A DNA stretch of 64,000 bases, taken from an uncultured Acidobacteriota bacterium (GTDB taxonomy: Bacteria > Acidobacteriota > Thermoanaerobaculia > Gp7-AA8). This document shows, piece by piece, positions 41,741 to 49,361 of this stretch. The stretch spans positions 3,832,407-3,896,406 of the forward strand of contig CAWGEI010000003.1 of assembly GCA_963821585.1 (NCBI GenBank), given 5' to 3'. The notes beneath the pieces were generated by a model that was given only the letters and a program-made list of their open reading frames with translations, searched no databases and was not told the DNA's origin. How positions within the stretch are numbered: the first letter of the stretch is position 1; each line of letters starts with the position of its first letter. The translations under genes and the position numbers were made by a program.

Positions 41741-41923
41741 TCAGGAGATCTTACGGTGAACGACGGCGGGAGATTTCGGCTCTCCCTTCACCACTCTGCC
41801 TGAATTCTGCCGTTCGATATCCTGCAGATAAACGAAGAGAGCCTCGAGATCCCCGCCGAACTCGGCATCCAGCTGTCGCCGCGCTTCACGAGTCTCTTCG
41901 ACAATCGGATCTTCCATGATCAA
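41741..41923 (-). CDS. small protein downstream of the PIN toxin gene (possible antitoxin or partner)
   Basis: 60 aa, MIMEDPIVEETREARRQLDAEFGGDLEALFVYLQDIE. Its start overlaps the PIN gene stop by 4 nt. Confidence 0.35.
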   Translation of the reverse strand: MIMEDPIVEETREARRQLDAEFGGDLEALFVYLQDIERQNSGRVVKGEPKSPAVVHRKIS

Positions 41924-42381
41924 CCGTCCATGAACTCCTGCGGAGTATAGATCAACGGCGGTTCGAACCCATGACTCCGACAGATCGCGTTAACGCGCGG
42001 GATGGTCACCGCATTCGCGATGTGCGTGCAGTTCCACGTCAGAAGGTAGTCCAGCCCGTTCACCGCGGCCGTCGCGATGTGCAGCGCATCTTCGTTCGCT
42101 TTTCTCGGGACACCTGCTCCTGCCACCAAAGCAGCGGCAAGGTCGACAGCTTCGCGTGTCACTGGTGCAAGCCTGAGCTCTCGCGTTACGGCAAGACGTT
42201 GAGCGGCAACGACGGCGTCACCGCGTTGGGCTTCGCCCAACACGACAGCGGAGACATAGCACTCGAAGTCCTGGCGTCGCGTCTGCCACCATTGCTGCGT
42301 GAGCTCCTGATTCGACGCGACGCGAGGGTTCCTGCTGGGCCGAGCAACCAGGTAGCTGATAACACTCGTTTCGACGTACAC
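41920..42381 (-). CDS. PIN-domain (VapC-like) ribonuclease toxin
   Basis: VYVETSVISYL N-terminus and the C-terminal motif EDALHIATAAVNGLDYLLTWNCTHI. The ORF track extends upstream out-of-gene. The start was chosen at a GTG. Confidence 0.55.
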   Translation of the reverse strand: MYVETSVISYLVARPSRNPRVASNQELTQQWWQTRRQDFECYVSAVVLGEAQRGDAVVAAQRLAVTRELRLAPVTREAVDLAAALVAGAGVPRKANEDALHIATAAVNGLDYLLTWNCTHIANAVTIPRVNAICRSHGFEPPLIYTPQEFMDG

Positions 42382-42553
42382 CGTGGAAAGCACGAACAAC
42401 GCTAACTGATCGTGGCCTGGGAAAGGAAGTGAATAGACACCGGCAACAGCCACCGACAACTTGCGTGACCATGCTGCAAATCGAGCGATCGAGGCACTGT
42501 CGATATACTTTGTCAGGCGTCGCAAGCCACTGCCCTTTCGCCCCGGAGGTTCC

Positions 42554-42973
42554 ATGGCTGAACTGAAGACGAAGCAGACGGAAGCAAGCGTTGAGAAGTA
42601 TCTCGACACCATCGAGGACCCAAGACGCCGGGCAGACTGCGAGGCGATCTCCGCGCTCTTGAAGAAGGTCACGAAATTCGAGCCCAGGATGTGGGGGCCA
42701 AGCATCGTCGGCTTCGGCAGCTACCATTACCGGTACGAGACCGGCCACGAAGGCGACGCCGCTCTCGTCGGGTTCTCGTCCAGAAAACCAGAGATTGTTC
42801 TCTACATCGCAGATGCATTTGAATCACGCGAGGAGCTCCTGCAGCAGTTGGGAAAGCACAGGACCGGGAAGGTCTGCCTCTACATCAAACGGCTTTCCGA
42901 CATAGACGTCGGAGTGCTCGAGAAACTCATCAAAGCGTCCGTGGCAGAGGTACGTAGACAATATCCGTCGTGA
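42554..42973 (+). CDS. DUF1801 (YdhG-like) domain protein
   Basis: GGAGG RBS. MAELKTKQTEASVEKYLDTIEDPRRRADCEAISALL...MWGPSIVGFGSYHYRYETGHEGD...FSSRKPEIVLYI is a DUF1801 signature. Confidence 0.75.
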   Translation: MAELKTKQTEASVEKYLDTIEDPRRRADCEAISALLKKVTKFEPRMWGPSIVGFGSYHYRYETGHEGDAALVGFSSRKPEIVLYIADAFESREELLQQLGKHRTGKVCLYIKRLSDIDVGVLEKLIKASVAEVRRQYPS

Positions 42974-43009
42974 GGGCGGCGCCCGGCTCCCCCGAAAGGA
43001 ACATCCGTA

Positions 43010-43606
43010 ATGTCGAAAGTTGTCGCAATCATGTCCATGTCGCTCGACGGCTACGTCGCCGACCCCAACGATGGCGTGGCCGAAGTGTTCGACTGGTACT
43101 TCAACTCGGGCGACGTCGAATTCCACACCGGAGGGTCGGACCCCATGACGTTCAAGGTCTCCGGGCCGAGCGCCGAGCACCTTCGCGGTCTCACGTCCGG
43201 ACTCGGTGCCATGCTCACCGGCCGGCGCACCTTCGACGTCGCCCAGGGCTGGGGCGGCAATCACGCCTGGGGACCAGCCTTCGTCCTCACCCACCACATC
43301 CCCGCCGGATGGCCGCGCCCCAACTCCACCGTCCACTTTGTGACCGACGGCCTCGAAAGCGCCGTGAGCCAGGCCAAAGCCGCAGCCGCCGGGAAGTCTG
43401 TTGGAGTCCACGGCGCGGACACCATCCAGCAGTTGCTGAATGCCGGTCTCCTCGACGAAATCCACGTCGACATCGCGGCCGTTATCCTTGGCTCCGGCGT
43501 TCGACTCTTCGACCACCTCGCCGGCACGCCGGCCGTCCTTGGCAATCCGACGGTGATCCCGGGCGTCGGCGTTACCCACCTGCGCTACCCGGTACGTAAG
43601 GGGTAG
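43010..43606 (+). CDS. dihydrofolate reductase-like (RibD C-terminal domain) family protein
   Basis: VVAIMSMSLDGYVADPNDG...LTGRRTF...GNHAWGPAFVLTHH...VHGADTIQQLLNAGLLDEIHVDIAAVILGSG. Confidence 0.8.
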   Translation: MSKVVAIMSMSLDGYVADPNDGVAEVFDWYFNSGDVEFHTGGSDPMTFKVSGPSAEHLRGLTSGLGAMLTGRRTFDVAQGWGGNHAWGPAFVLTHHIPAGWPRPNSTVHFVTDGLESAVSQAKAAAAGKSVGVHGADTIQQLLNAGLLDEIHVDIAAVILGSGVRLFDHLAGTPAVLGNPTVIPGVGVTHLRYPVRKG

Positions 43607-43644
43607 TCCTGCCCCGCCACCGTTGCCGAGCCGGCCGTGGATTC

Positions 43645-43858
43645 ATGGCGATCGAGTCACGCAGCCGACGATCACTGGCTTACTGTACGGCCCTGCGAAA
43701 GGCGGGAGTTCACACGGAAATGCATCTGTATGGGAATGGCGGGTATGCATTCGGCCTGCGGCGCACCGGAGATGGTCGAGGACTGGCTGAAAGCGATCGC
43801 GATGATTGAGAGTAGGATTTCAGAGGGAGCATCTGACACACCTAGGTACTGCCGATGA
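43645..43858 (+). pseudogene. C-terminal remnant of an alpha/beta-hydrolase fold-3 (HSL-type esterase/lipase) gene
   Basis: Encodes only ...SLAYCTALRKAGVHTEMHLYGNGGYAFGL, then in a shifted frame EMVEDWLKAIAMIE. The N-terminal roughly 250 aa are absent. Confidence 0.4.
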
Positions 43859-44005
43859 GCACGCCCTCGAGCCCATCACGAAGTGGCCTGATCGCCAGCC
43901 GCAGCCACGAAAACTCCAGCCTCGTGATCTCCACTCCGGCACGTTCAGCGCACTGCCGGATTCCGCCAGGCCGAGCGAAGGCCAGGCTCCCCAACTCATC
44001 AATCC

Positions 44006-44842
44006 TTGGTGAGGCATAATCTGTTCGTGCTCAACAACGCTGACACTCCGGAACCACCCGGGAAGCAGGTTTTCCTAAGCTACCGACGACGTGTATCGGC
44101 ATTTGTGGCTCGATCGATCTATCAAAATCTGACTGCGTCCGGCTTCAACGTTTTTATGGATGTTGAAAAGGTCGATTCCGGTCGTTTCGAGAACGTCATT
44201 CTGAACGAGCTCGGTTGTCGCCCACATTTCATCGTCATTCTTGAGCCCGATAGCGTCCAAGGATGGCTGGATCCCGCCGATTGGTTGCGTCGTGCAATCG
44301 AGCGCTCCATCCAGCTTGAACGGAACGTCATTCCGCTCCTCGTCAATGGTTTTCAGTTTACGGAAGTGGCGGACTATCTTGTCGGGGATCTGCCAAAGCT
44401 ACGAGAGTACAACCCGTTGACGATTCCTCACGATTATTTCGACGCAGCGATGGAACTGTTGAAGACGCGTTTTCTACAACAGCCAACGCAACAGGAGCTG
44501 CGAATCAAGACCGCCGAAGAGTGGTTTCAAACGGCCGAACAACTTCGCGCGAACAATAACTTACCAGGGGCCGAACAAGCATATACTAAAGCTATCGAAC
44601 TGAACCCCGCGATGTCAGAAGCATTTTGTAATCGGGCAGTCATGCGTGCCCATCTACGCGACTACACAGGGGCGATGCGTGATTTTGATCATGCGATTTC
44701 GCTGGATCCAACAAGTTGGCAACTCTACAGAAACCGAGGGGATCTGAAGCAAACCCTCGGCGATGTACGTGGCGCAATCGAGGGCTATCAGCGGGGGTTT
44801 AACGGCGGCAGGACTCGCAAAGAATTGCTCGAAGACTACTAG
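44006..44842 (+). CDS. bacterial TIR-domain (TIR_2) protein fused to C-terminal TPR repeats
   Basis: KQVFLSYRRRVSAFVARSIYQNLTASGFNVFMD...RPHFIVILEPDSVQGWLDPADWLRRAIE is a TIR_2-like domain. C-terminal TPRs AEQAYTKAIELNPAMSEAFCNRAVMRAHLRDYTGAMRDFDHAISLDP. Visibly AT-richer codon usage than its neighbours. Confidence 0.7.
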   Translation: MVRHNLFVLNNADTPEPPGKQVFLSYRRRVSAFVARSIYQNLTASGFNVFMDVEKVDSGRFENVILNELGCRPHFIVILEPDSVQGWLDPADWLRRAIERSIQLERNVIPLLVNGFQFTEVADYLVGDLPKLREYNPLTIPHDYFDAAMELLKTRFLQQPTQQELRIKTAEEWFQTAEQLRANNNLPGAEQAYTKAIELNPAMSEAFCNRAVMRAHLRDYTGAMRDFDHAISLDPTSWQLYRNRGDLKQTLGDVRGAIEGYQRGFNGGRTRKELLEDY

Positions 44843-44922
44843 GTAATTATATCGGTAGGGCTTGCCGGCCTAACTTGGCGCGAAGCTGCCGCGGTCCGGC
44901 TTCGACTCGGCAGCCGAGCTGC

Positions 44923-45180
44923 CTACGTCTTCGCCAGCGTCACGAGATACCTATCCAGGATGCTCTTCGCTTCGGTCTGTCGCGCGATCATGTGACGATA
45001 GAGTGGCGACAGGCGCAACCGTCCGGGAGTCATTCCATTGCGGAGCGTCGTCAGGCACGCCTCAGCACCGATTACGCTTTTGGTCAGCCGAACAACTAAT
45101 TCGCGAAGCGCGCGAAGGTCGGACCCAGGCGGCCCGATCCCTTCAACATCCGTTGCCGCGAGAATACGTTCTAAGAGCAT
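44923..45180 (-). CDS. hypothetical small helical protein downstream of the TIR_2 gene
   Basis: 85 aa. Contains R-x6-H (RLSPLYRH), a weak HEPN-like hint only. AT-richer composition. Confidence 0.35.
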   Translation of the reverse strand: MLLERILAATDVEGIGPPGSDLRALRELVVRLTKSVIGAEACLTTLRNGMTPGRLRLSPLYRHMIARQTEAKSILDRYLVTLAKT

Positions 45181-45244
45181 TTTGTGTCGACGTAACTCGC
45201 GCCGGGCCGCGGCCTCGGCTTTTACGACATGTCGGCTGTTGCGA

Positions 45245-45874
45245 TCAGCTCTCGTGATCGTGCGAACAGAATGTCTCTAGGACGACCTTTGGCGCATCGA
45301 TTGACTTGGCGAGATCGGAGCAGAGGGTGAAGAGCTCCGTACGAATAGTCGGACTCGTCTCGGCGGAATTGGAGAGCCGCGAAACGACGCCAAAGTCTTC
45401 CTCGCGCTTTATCGGCCGAAGTACAGGTGATTGCTGAAGTAGAGCCGCTTTAAGTTGTGCCAAGGAATCCTTGAATCGCTCGTCATTGCGAAAATCAACA
45501 TAGAGGCGGCTCGCTACGAACGATGGTACCTGCGTTCCCGCGCGCAGAACAGGAATGTGGCAATCCACCGCATCGCCGTTCAGAACGCGTGATGACAGTA
45601 TGCTGCTTTCGTAGCCGACTCCTCCATGCCGCTGTTCTGACTTGCTGACGTATGGGGGCGTGACCACGATGACTATCCGGTCGCAACGGAGGCCCTCTTC
45701 CATGAAGTGCGTCAGGTCGCGGCCACCGTGTAGATCGTATTCGTCAAAGACGACATGGAACGTCGCATCCTCTTCGAGCGAGTTCGCCAACGCCGTCACC
45801 CACGAGGTGTGCTCATCGGAGTCTCGCGAATAAGAAATGAATATCGTAAGCACAACGCACCATTCGGGGTTCAC
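45245..45874 (-). CDS. stand-alone bacterial TIR-domain (TIR_2) protein
   Basis: TIFISYSRDSDEHTSWVTALANSLEEDATFHVVFDEYDL.GG.DLTHFMEEGLRCDRIVIVVTPPYVSKSE is a TIR_2-like alpha/beta core. AT-richer composition. Convergent with the TIR-TPR gene. Confidence 0.65.
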   Translation of the reverse strand: MNPEWCVVLTIFISYSRDSDEHTSWVTALANSLEEDATFHVVFDEYDLHGGRDLTHFMEEGLRCDRIVIVVTPPYVSKSEQRHGGVGYESSILSSRVLNGDAVDCHIPVLRAGTQVPSFVASRLYVDFRNDERFKDSLAQLKAALLQQSPVLRPIKREEDFGVVSRLSNSAETSPTIRTELFTLCSDLAKSIDAPKVVLETFCSHDHES

Positions 45875-45955
45875 TCCAGAATAGCAGAGGGAACACGCCC
45901 CTAACTCATCACAACTAACTCGCCGAAGCTGATGCGGCTCGGCTTCGGTACGGCG

Positions 45956-46291
45956 TTAGTCGTACAACTCCAGGACCACACGATCAACATCCGCAATGAA
46001 CTCTTCGATCACGGACACGTTCTGACGCAGCAGCCGTTCCACGGCGGCGCTGCTGCAGTTGCCGAGGCGCAGCCATACGACTTTCGGGGGTGCACCACGA
46101 AGGATTGCGAGCTCCGCAAAGTCGTTGTCTTTGGACACGATCACGAGGCCGTGCGTGCGGGCGTGGAACCAGATCTCAGGGTCGGCAGCACGGGCAAAGC
46201 CGAGCAGGCGCGTTTGGGTACTGCCGGGATAGAGATCTGCAAGTCGCGCAACGAGTTTGTGCGACAGGTTGTGGTCGAGCAGCAGCTTCAC
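45956..46291 (-). CDS. DUF5615 (PIN-like) family protein, putative toxin of a DUF433/DUF5615 pair
   Basis: MKLLLDHNLSHKLVARL...GLVIVSKDNDFAEL...PPKVVWLRLGNCS is a DUF5615 signature. 4-nt overlap with the upstream DUF433 gene. Confidence 0.75.
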   Translation of the reverse strand: MKLLLDHNLSHKLVARLADLYPGSTQTRLLGFARAADPEIWFHARTHGLVIVSKDNDFAELAILRGAPPKVVWLRLGNCSSAAVERLLRQNVSVIEEFIADVDRVVLELYD

Positions 46292-46512
46292 CCGTGAGAG
46301 ACCTTCGTCTTCCGTTCACGATCCGCGGCGTACGCGAGACAGGCACGGATGTCGTCCTGCGTGAGATCCGGGAAATCGGACAAGATCTCTTCCTCGGTCA
46401 TCCCTGAAGCGAGATACGACAGGACGTCGTATACCGTGATGCGAATGCCGCGAATGCACGGCTGCCCACCCCGCTTTCCGGGCTCGACGGTGATGATGTC
46501 TTCGTAGTTCAC
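46288..46512 (-). CDS. DUF433 domain protein, putative antitoxin partner
   Basis: ITVEPGKRGGQPCIRGIRITVYDVLSYLASGMTEEEILSDFPDLTQDDIRACLAYAA is a DUF433 signature. Confidence 0.8.
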   Translation of the reverse strand: MNYEDIITVEPGKRGGQPCIRGIRITVYDVLSYLASGMTEEEILSDFPDLTQDDIRACLAYAADRERKTKVSHG

Positions 46513-46684
46513 CTGTTCATCTTAGCAGGACGGAACGGAGCGGACCTGGTGCGTCAGGTGGGACGCGTGACACGCAACACAGCCCGCCGGTGCACGCGCG
46601 CAGCGTCAGACTGGGATCCGCGTGAGGGACACTGCGGTGGTGCCCGAACCTCAAAAGTATCGCGAGAACGTGTAACGTACCGAG

Positions 46685-47059
46685 TTGATCCCGAGCTTGC
46701 TTTTCACATCGCGATCTACACGTGAAGCATCCGATCGACATGTTGATCTTTCGGTACAGATACGCCTCAGGACCGCTCTTCGTCAGGAAGGAGCGCAGAC
46801 CTTCGTCGGCTCGCTTTACGAATTACTCGACGCTCATGCTTTGACTATTGTCGGGGGCGGTGACGAGCGATGGCGGATCGTCATCGGTCCTGGATCACCG
46901 GATTCGTCCGTGACTGAAGAACGTCGGCATCTCGTGGCAACATGGCTCCAGACCCGCGCGGAGGTGATCGCTTCTCACGTGGGTGTGGTTCGGACTGCGA
47001 CGGTGGGCGAGAGGGAGATGTTCGAAGATAGCTCGTTCCAAGACGAGGAAGATGAGTGA
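46685..47059 (+). CDS. hypothetical protein (acidic C-terminus)
   Basis: TTG-start ORF only. Mixed codon usage. No family recognised. Confidence 0.3.
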   Translation: MIPSLLFTSRSTREASDRHVDLSVQIRLRTALRQEGAQTFVGSLYELLDAHALTIVGGGDERWRIVIGPGSPDSSVTEERRHLVATWLQTRAEVIASHVGVVRTATVGEREMFEDSSFQDEEDE

Positions 47060-47106
47060 TCCCAGAGCGGTGGCTCCCCTCCACCAGCCGCCTCGCCACC
47101 GCACTC

Positions 47107-48393
47107 CTAGAATTTGAGGTCCGCGAGCGAGAGGAAGCCATCCGGCGCGACGGCGACGTTGCGCAGATGCGGTGCGTAGACGACGGTCGAATGGCCGTAC
47201 ACGAGCGGCGTCCACGGGATCTGGTCCTCGGCGCCCCAGACTGCACGCAGCGCGTCGAGGAAGTCCGCGGGATTGGGGGTCGCGGCGGTGCAGCCGCCGA
47301 GGGCGAGGTCGAAGGTGCGGTTGTGGAGGGCGGCGTGGTACTCGTCGTCGTTGCGGGCTTCGAGGACGGCCACGGAGACGCCCGCGTGCGCGAGCTGGCT
47401 CTGGATGGCGCTGGCGACGGCGGAGGGCTTGGGGAGGTACGGGCGCGGGGATGACGGGACGAGCAGGGTCAGCCTGGCCCCGACCTCGGCGCGCAGGTCG
47501 TTCCGGTCGCGGGCCGGAACCGGCGCCGCGTCTTGCATCGAGGGCGGGAGGACGCTCGTGGCAATGAAGGCGTCCGCGCCGCGGCCGTAGCATACGGACG
47601 CGAGCTCGCGGCGATCGAGGGCGGCAGCGATGCCGCGGCGGACGTCGACGCTCGACGTGGGAGGGCGGGTGGTGTTGAAGAAGAGCAGAGCGGTGGAGTT
47701 GCCGGGGTGGACGAGGGTCGTCAGTTCTCCGGGGTGCGTGGCCACCGGGGCCATCGCGGTCGTCAGGTCGATGGACTCCTGCCGCAGGGCGTGGAGGAGC
47801 TTGCGCGGCACGCCGTCGGCGTCGGGCGGGAAGACGGCGAAGCGCAGTTCCTGGATCGTGGTGACGGAGCGGTAGTACGGGTTGCGCACGAGGCGGATCG
47901 CCGGCGACAACTGCAGCAGGCGCAGGTTCGGGCGCTGGTCGAACATGAACGGGCCGGTGCCGTGGAGCTGCTGGGTTCTCTCCAGGACGATCGCGCACGC
48001 GCCGCGGGCGAGTGTCAGGGCGAAGCGTGGATTGGGCGCGGTGAGGCGGAACCAGATGCGGTTGCCACGGACGTCGATCGTCGCTTTGCCGGCGAGCACG
48101 GGTTGCAGGGAACGTGCGGCGATCTCGGGAGTGAGCAGCGTGCCGTCGGAGAAGCGCGCCTCGGGGCACACGGCCGCGGAGAAGAGGGTTCCGGCGTCGT
48201 CTTCCGCGCGCAGGGGCGCGAAGAGGGCGGCGGCCGGCTCGAAGATCTGGCCGAGGACGAGGGCGGTCGTGCCGGTCGCTTCGGCGCGCGGGTCGAGCGA
48301 TTCGATCGACGCGGCGATGCCGACGCGCAGCGTCTTCGGCATGCCCCAGGGGCTGGGCACAACTCCACCTGTTTGCTGAACCGACAAGTGCAT
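47107..48393 (-). CDS. ABC-transporter substrate-binding protein, family 5 (Dpp/Opp-like), orphan and without a clear signal peptide
   Basis: AGGAAGGA RBS before the ATG (MHLSV). LRVGIAASIESLDP...GTGPFMF... is an SBP_bac_5-like architecture. No adjacent permease or ATPase genes. Confidence 0.55.
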   Translation of the reverse strand: MHLSVQQTGGVVPSPWGMPKTLRVGIAASIESLDPRAEATGTTALVLGQIFEPAAALFAPLRAEDDAGTLFSAAVCPEARFSDGTLLTPEIAARSLQPVLAGKATIDVRGNRIWFRLTAPNPRFALTLARGACAIVLERTQQLHGTGPFMFDQRPNLRLLQLSPAIRLVRNPYYRSVTTIQELRFAVFPPDADGVPRKLLHALRQESIDLTTAMAPVATHPGELTTLVHPGNSTALLFFNTTRPPTSSVDVRRGIAAALDRRELASVCYGRGADAFIATSVLPPSMQDAAPVPARDRNDLRAEVGARLTLLVPSSPRPYLPKPSAVASAIQSQLAHAGVSVAVLEARNDDEYHAALHNRTFDLALGGCTAATPNPADFLDALRAVWGAEDQIPWTPLVYGHSTVVYAPHLRNVAVAPDGFLSLADLKF

Positions 48394-48510
48394 CTCGCTT
48401 TCCTTCCTGCGGAGTGGACCGGCACGCAGAGTACGCATCCCGCGTTACGGAATGATTACGCGGTGTCGTGTTTGGGGTGTCCGGTGTCGAACGAGGCAGG
48501 AGGGATTCTC

Positions 48511-48912
48511 ATGCGCGCACTTCGCAGCTCCGCGATTCAGTCCGACATCAACGTGACTCCGCTCATCGACGTGTGCCTGGTGCTGTTGATCGTTTTCATG
48601 GTCGTGCTGCCGGCGATGGTGAACGGCGTCGACGTGAAACTGCCGGAGACGTCGGTGAAGAGTCCGGTCGATTCGCGGGTGTTCCCGGTGACGGTGAAGG
48701 AGGACGGGACGGTGTATCTGGACACGCTGATCGTGCGGCACGAGGAAGTGTTGTCGTCGTTGCAGCGGCTGTACGCGAAGGCGTCGGCGCGGCCGATCGC
48801 GGTGCGGGCGGACAAGCGTGTGCAGTATGGCGAGTTGGCGAAGGTGCTCAGCGCTTGCCGGGAGGCGGGGTGGAGCGATGTGACGCTGGTGGGGGTGGAG
48901 CCGGAGGGTTGA
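48511..48912 (+). CDS. exbD: biopolymer transport protein ExbD/TolR, an orphan
   Basis: AGGAGGG RBS. INVTPLIDVCLVLLIVFMVV...LKVDVKLPET... is a typical ExbD N-terminus and periplasmic domain. No exbB or tonB partner nearby. Confidence 0.75.
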   Translation: MRALRSSAIQSDINVTPLIDVCLVLLIVFMVVLPAMVNGVDVKLPETSVKSPVDSRVFPVTVKEDGTVYLDTLIVRHEEVLSSLQRLYAKASARPIAVRADKRVQYGELAKVLSACREAGWSDVTLVGVEPEG

Positions 48913-48916
48913 AGTT

Positions 48917-48949
48917 AAGTGTGGTTGGGGTCTGACCCCAACCACACTT
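48917..48949. terminator. perfect 33-bp palindrome (family E), bidirectional terminator between convergent genes
   Basis: aagtgtggttggggtc-t-gaccccaaccacactt, directly after the exbD stop and at the stop of the minus-strand DUF433 gene. Confidence 0.7.
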
Positions 48950-49161
48950 TAGGCGAGGCAGGCGCGGACGTCTTCGACCGTCAGCTGCGGGTATTCGGCG
49001 AGGATCTCGTCGATGCTCATCCTCGAGGCGAGGAAATCGACGATCAGCGAGACCCAGATGCGATGGCCTCGGATGCACGGCTTTCCACCGCAGATCGCGG
49101 GATCGATGGAGATCCGTTGCAGCAGTTCCTCGTGTGTCATCGCTGGAAAAGTGTACGCCAA
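48949..49161 (-). CDS. DUF433 domain protein (orphan antitoxin-like)
   Basis: ISIDPAICGGKPCIRGHRIWVSLIVDFLASRMSIDEILAEYPQLTVEDVRACLA. No DUF5615 partner adjacent. Confidence 0.7.
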   Translation of the reverse strand: MAYTFPAMTHEELLQRISIDPAICGGKPCIRGHRIWVSLIVDFLASRMSIDEILAEYPQLTVEDVRACLA

Positions 49162-49274
49162 CTGGCAGCCGAAAGAGTTGCGCGCCCCCTCGCGACCCGG
49201 CGGCCGTTCCGCAGGGCCACCGGCCCGCAGGGTGCCGGCGGAACGGCCGGCTGGAAGCCGGCACTACAAACAAA

Positions 49275-49350
49275 CGTAGGGCGTGGCTTCAGCCCGCCCG
49301 CCCCGCCCGAGGGGCGGGCTGAAGCCGAGGGCTGAAGCCGCGCCCTACGT
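49275..49350. repeat. palindromic stem-loop element, family B (copy 3, with an internal 12-bp duplication)
   Basis: acgtagggcgtggcttcagcccgcc-cgccccgcccgagg-ggcgggctgaagccgagggctgaagccgcgccctacgt. Confidence 0.8.
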
Positions 49351-49361
49351 TTTGTAGCTGC

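Noticed and set aside
41940-41965. tRNA-like GGTTCGAACC T-loop motif
   Set aside because: No flanking acceptor or anticodon stem complementarity, and it lies inside a coding region. No tRNA gene could be supported anywhere in the window by eye.
43600-49360. Integrase, transposase or phage genes that would define the AT-richer island as a classical mobile element
   Set aside because: None was recognisable in any frame. Only palindromic family-B elements and gene remnants mark the boundaries.
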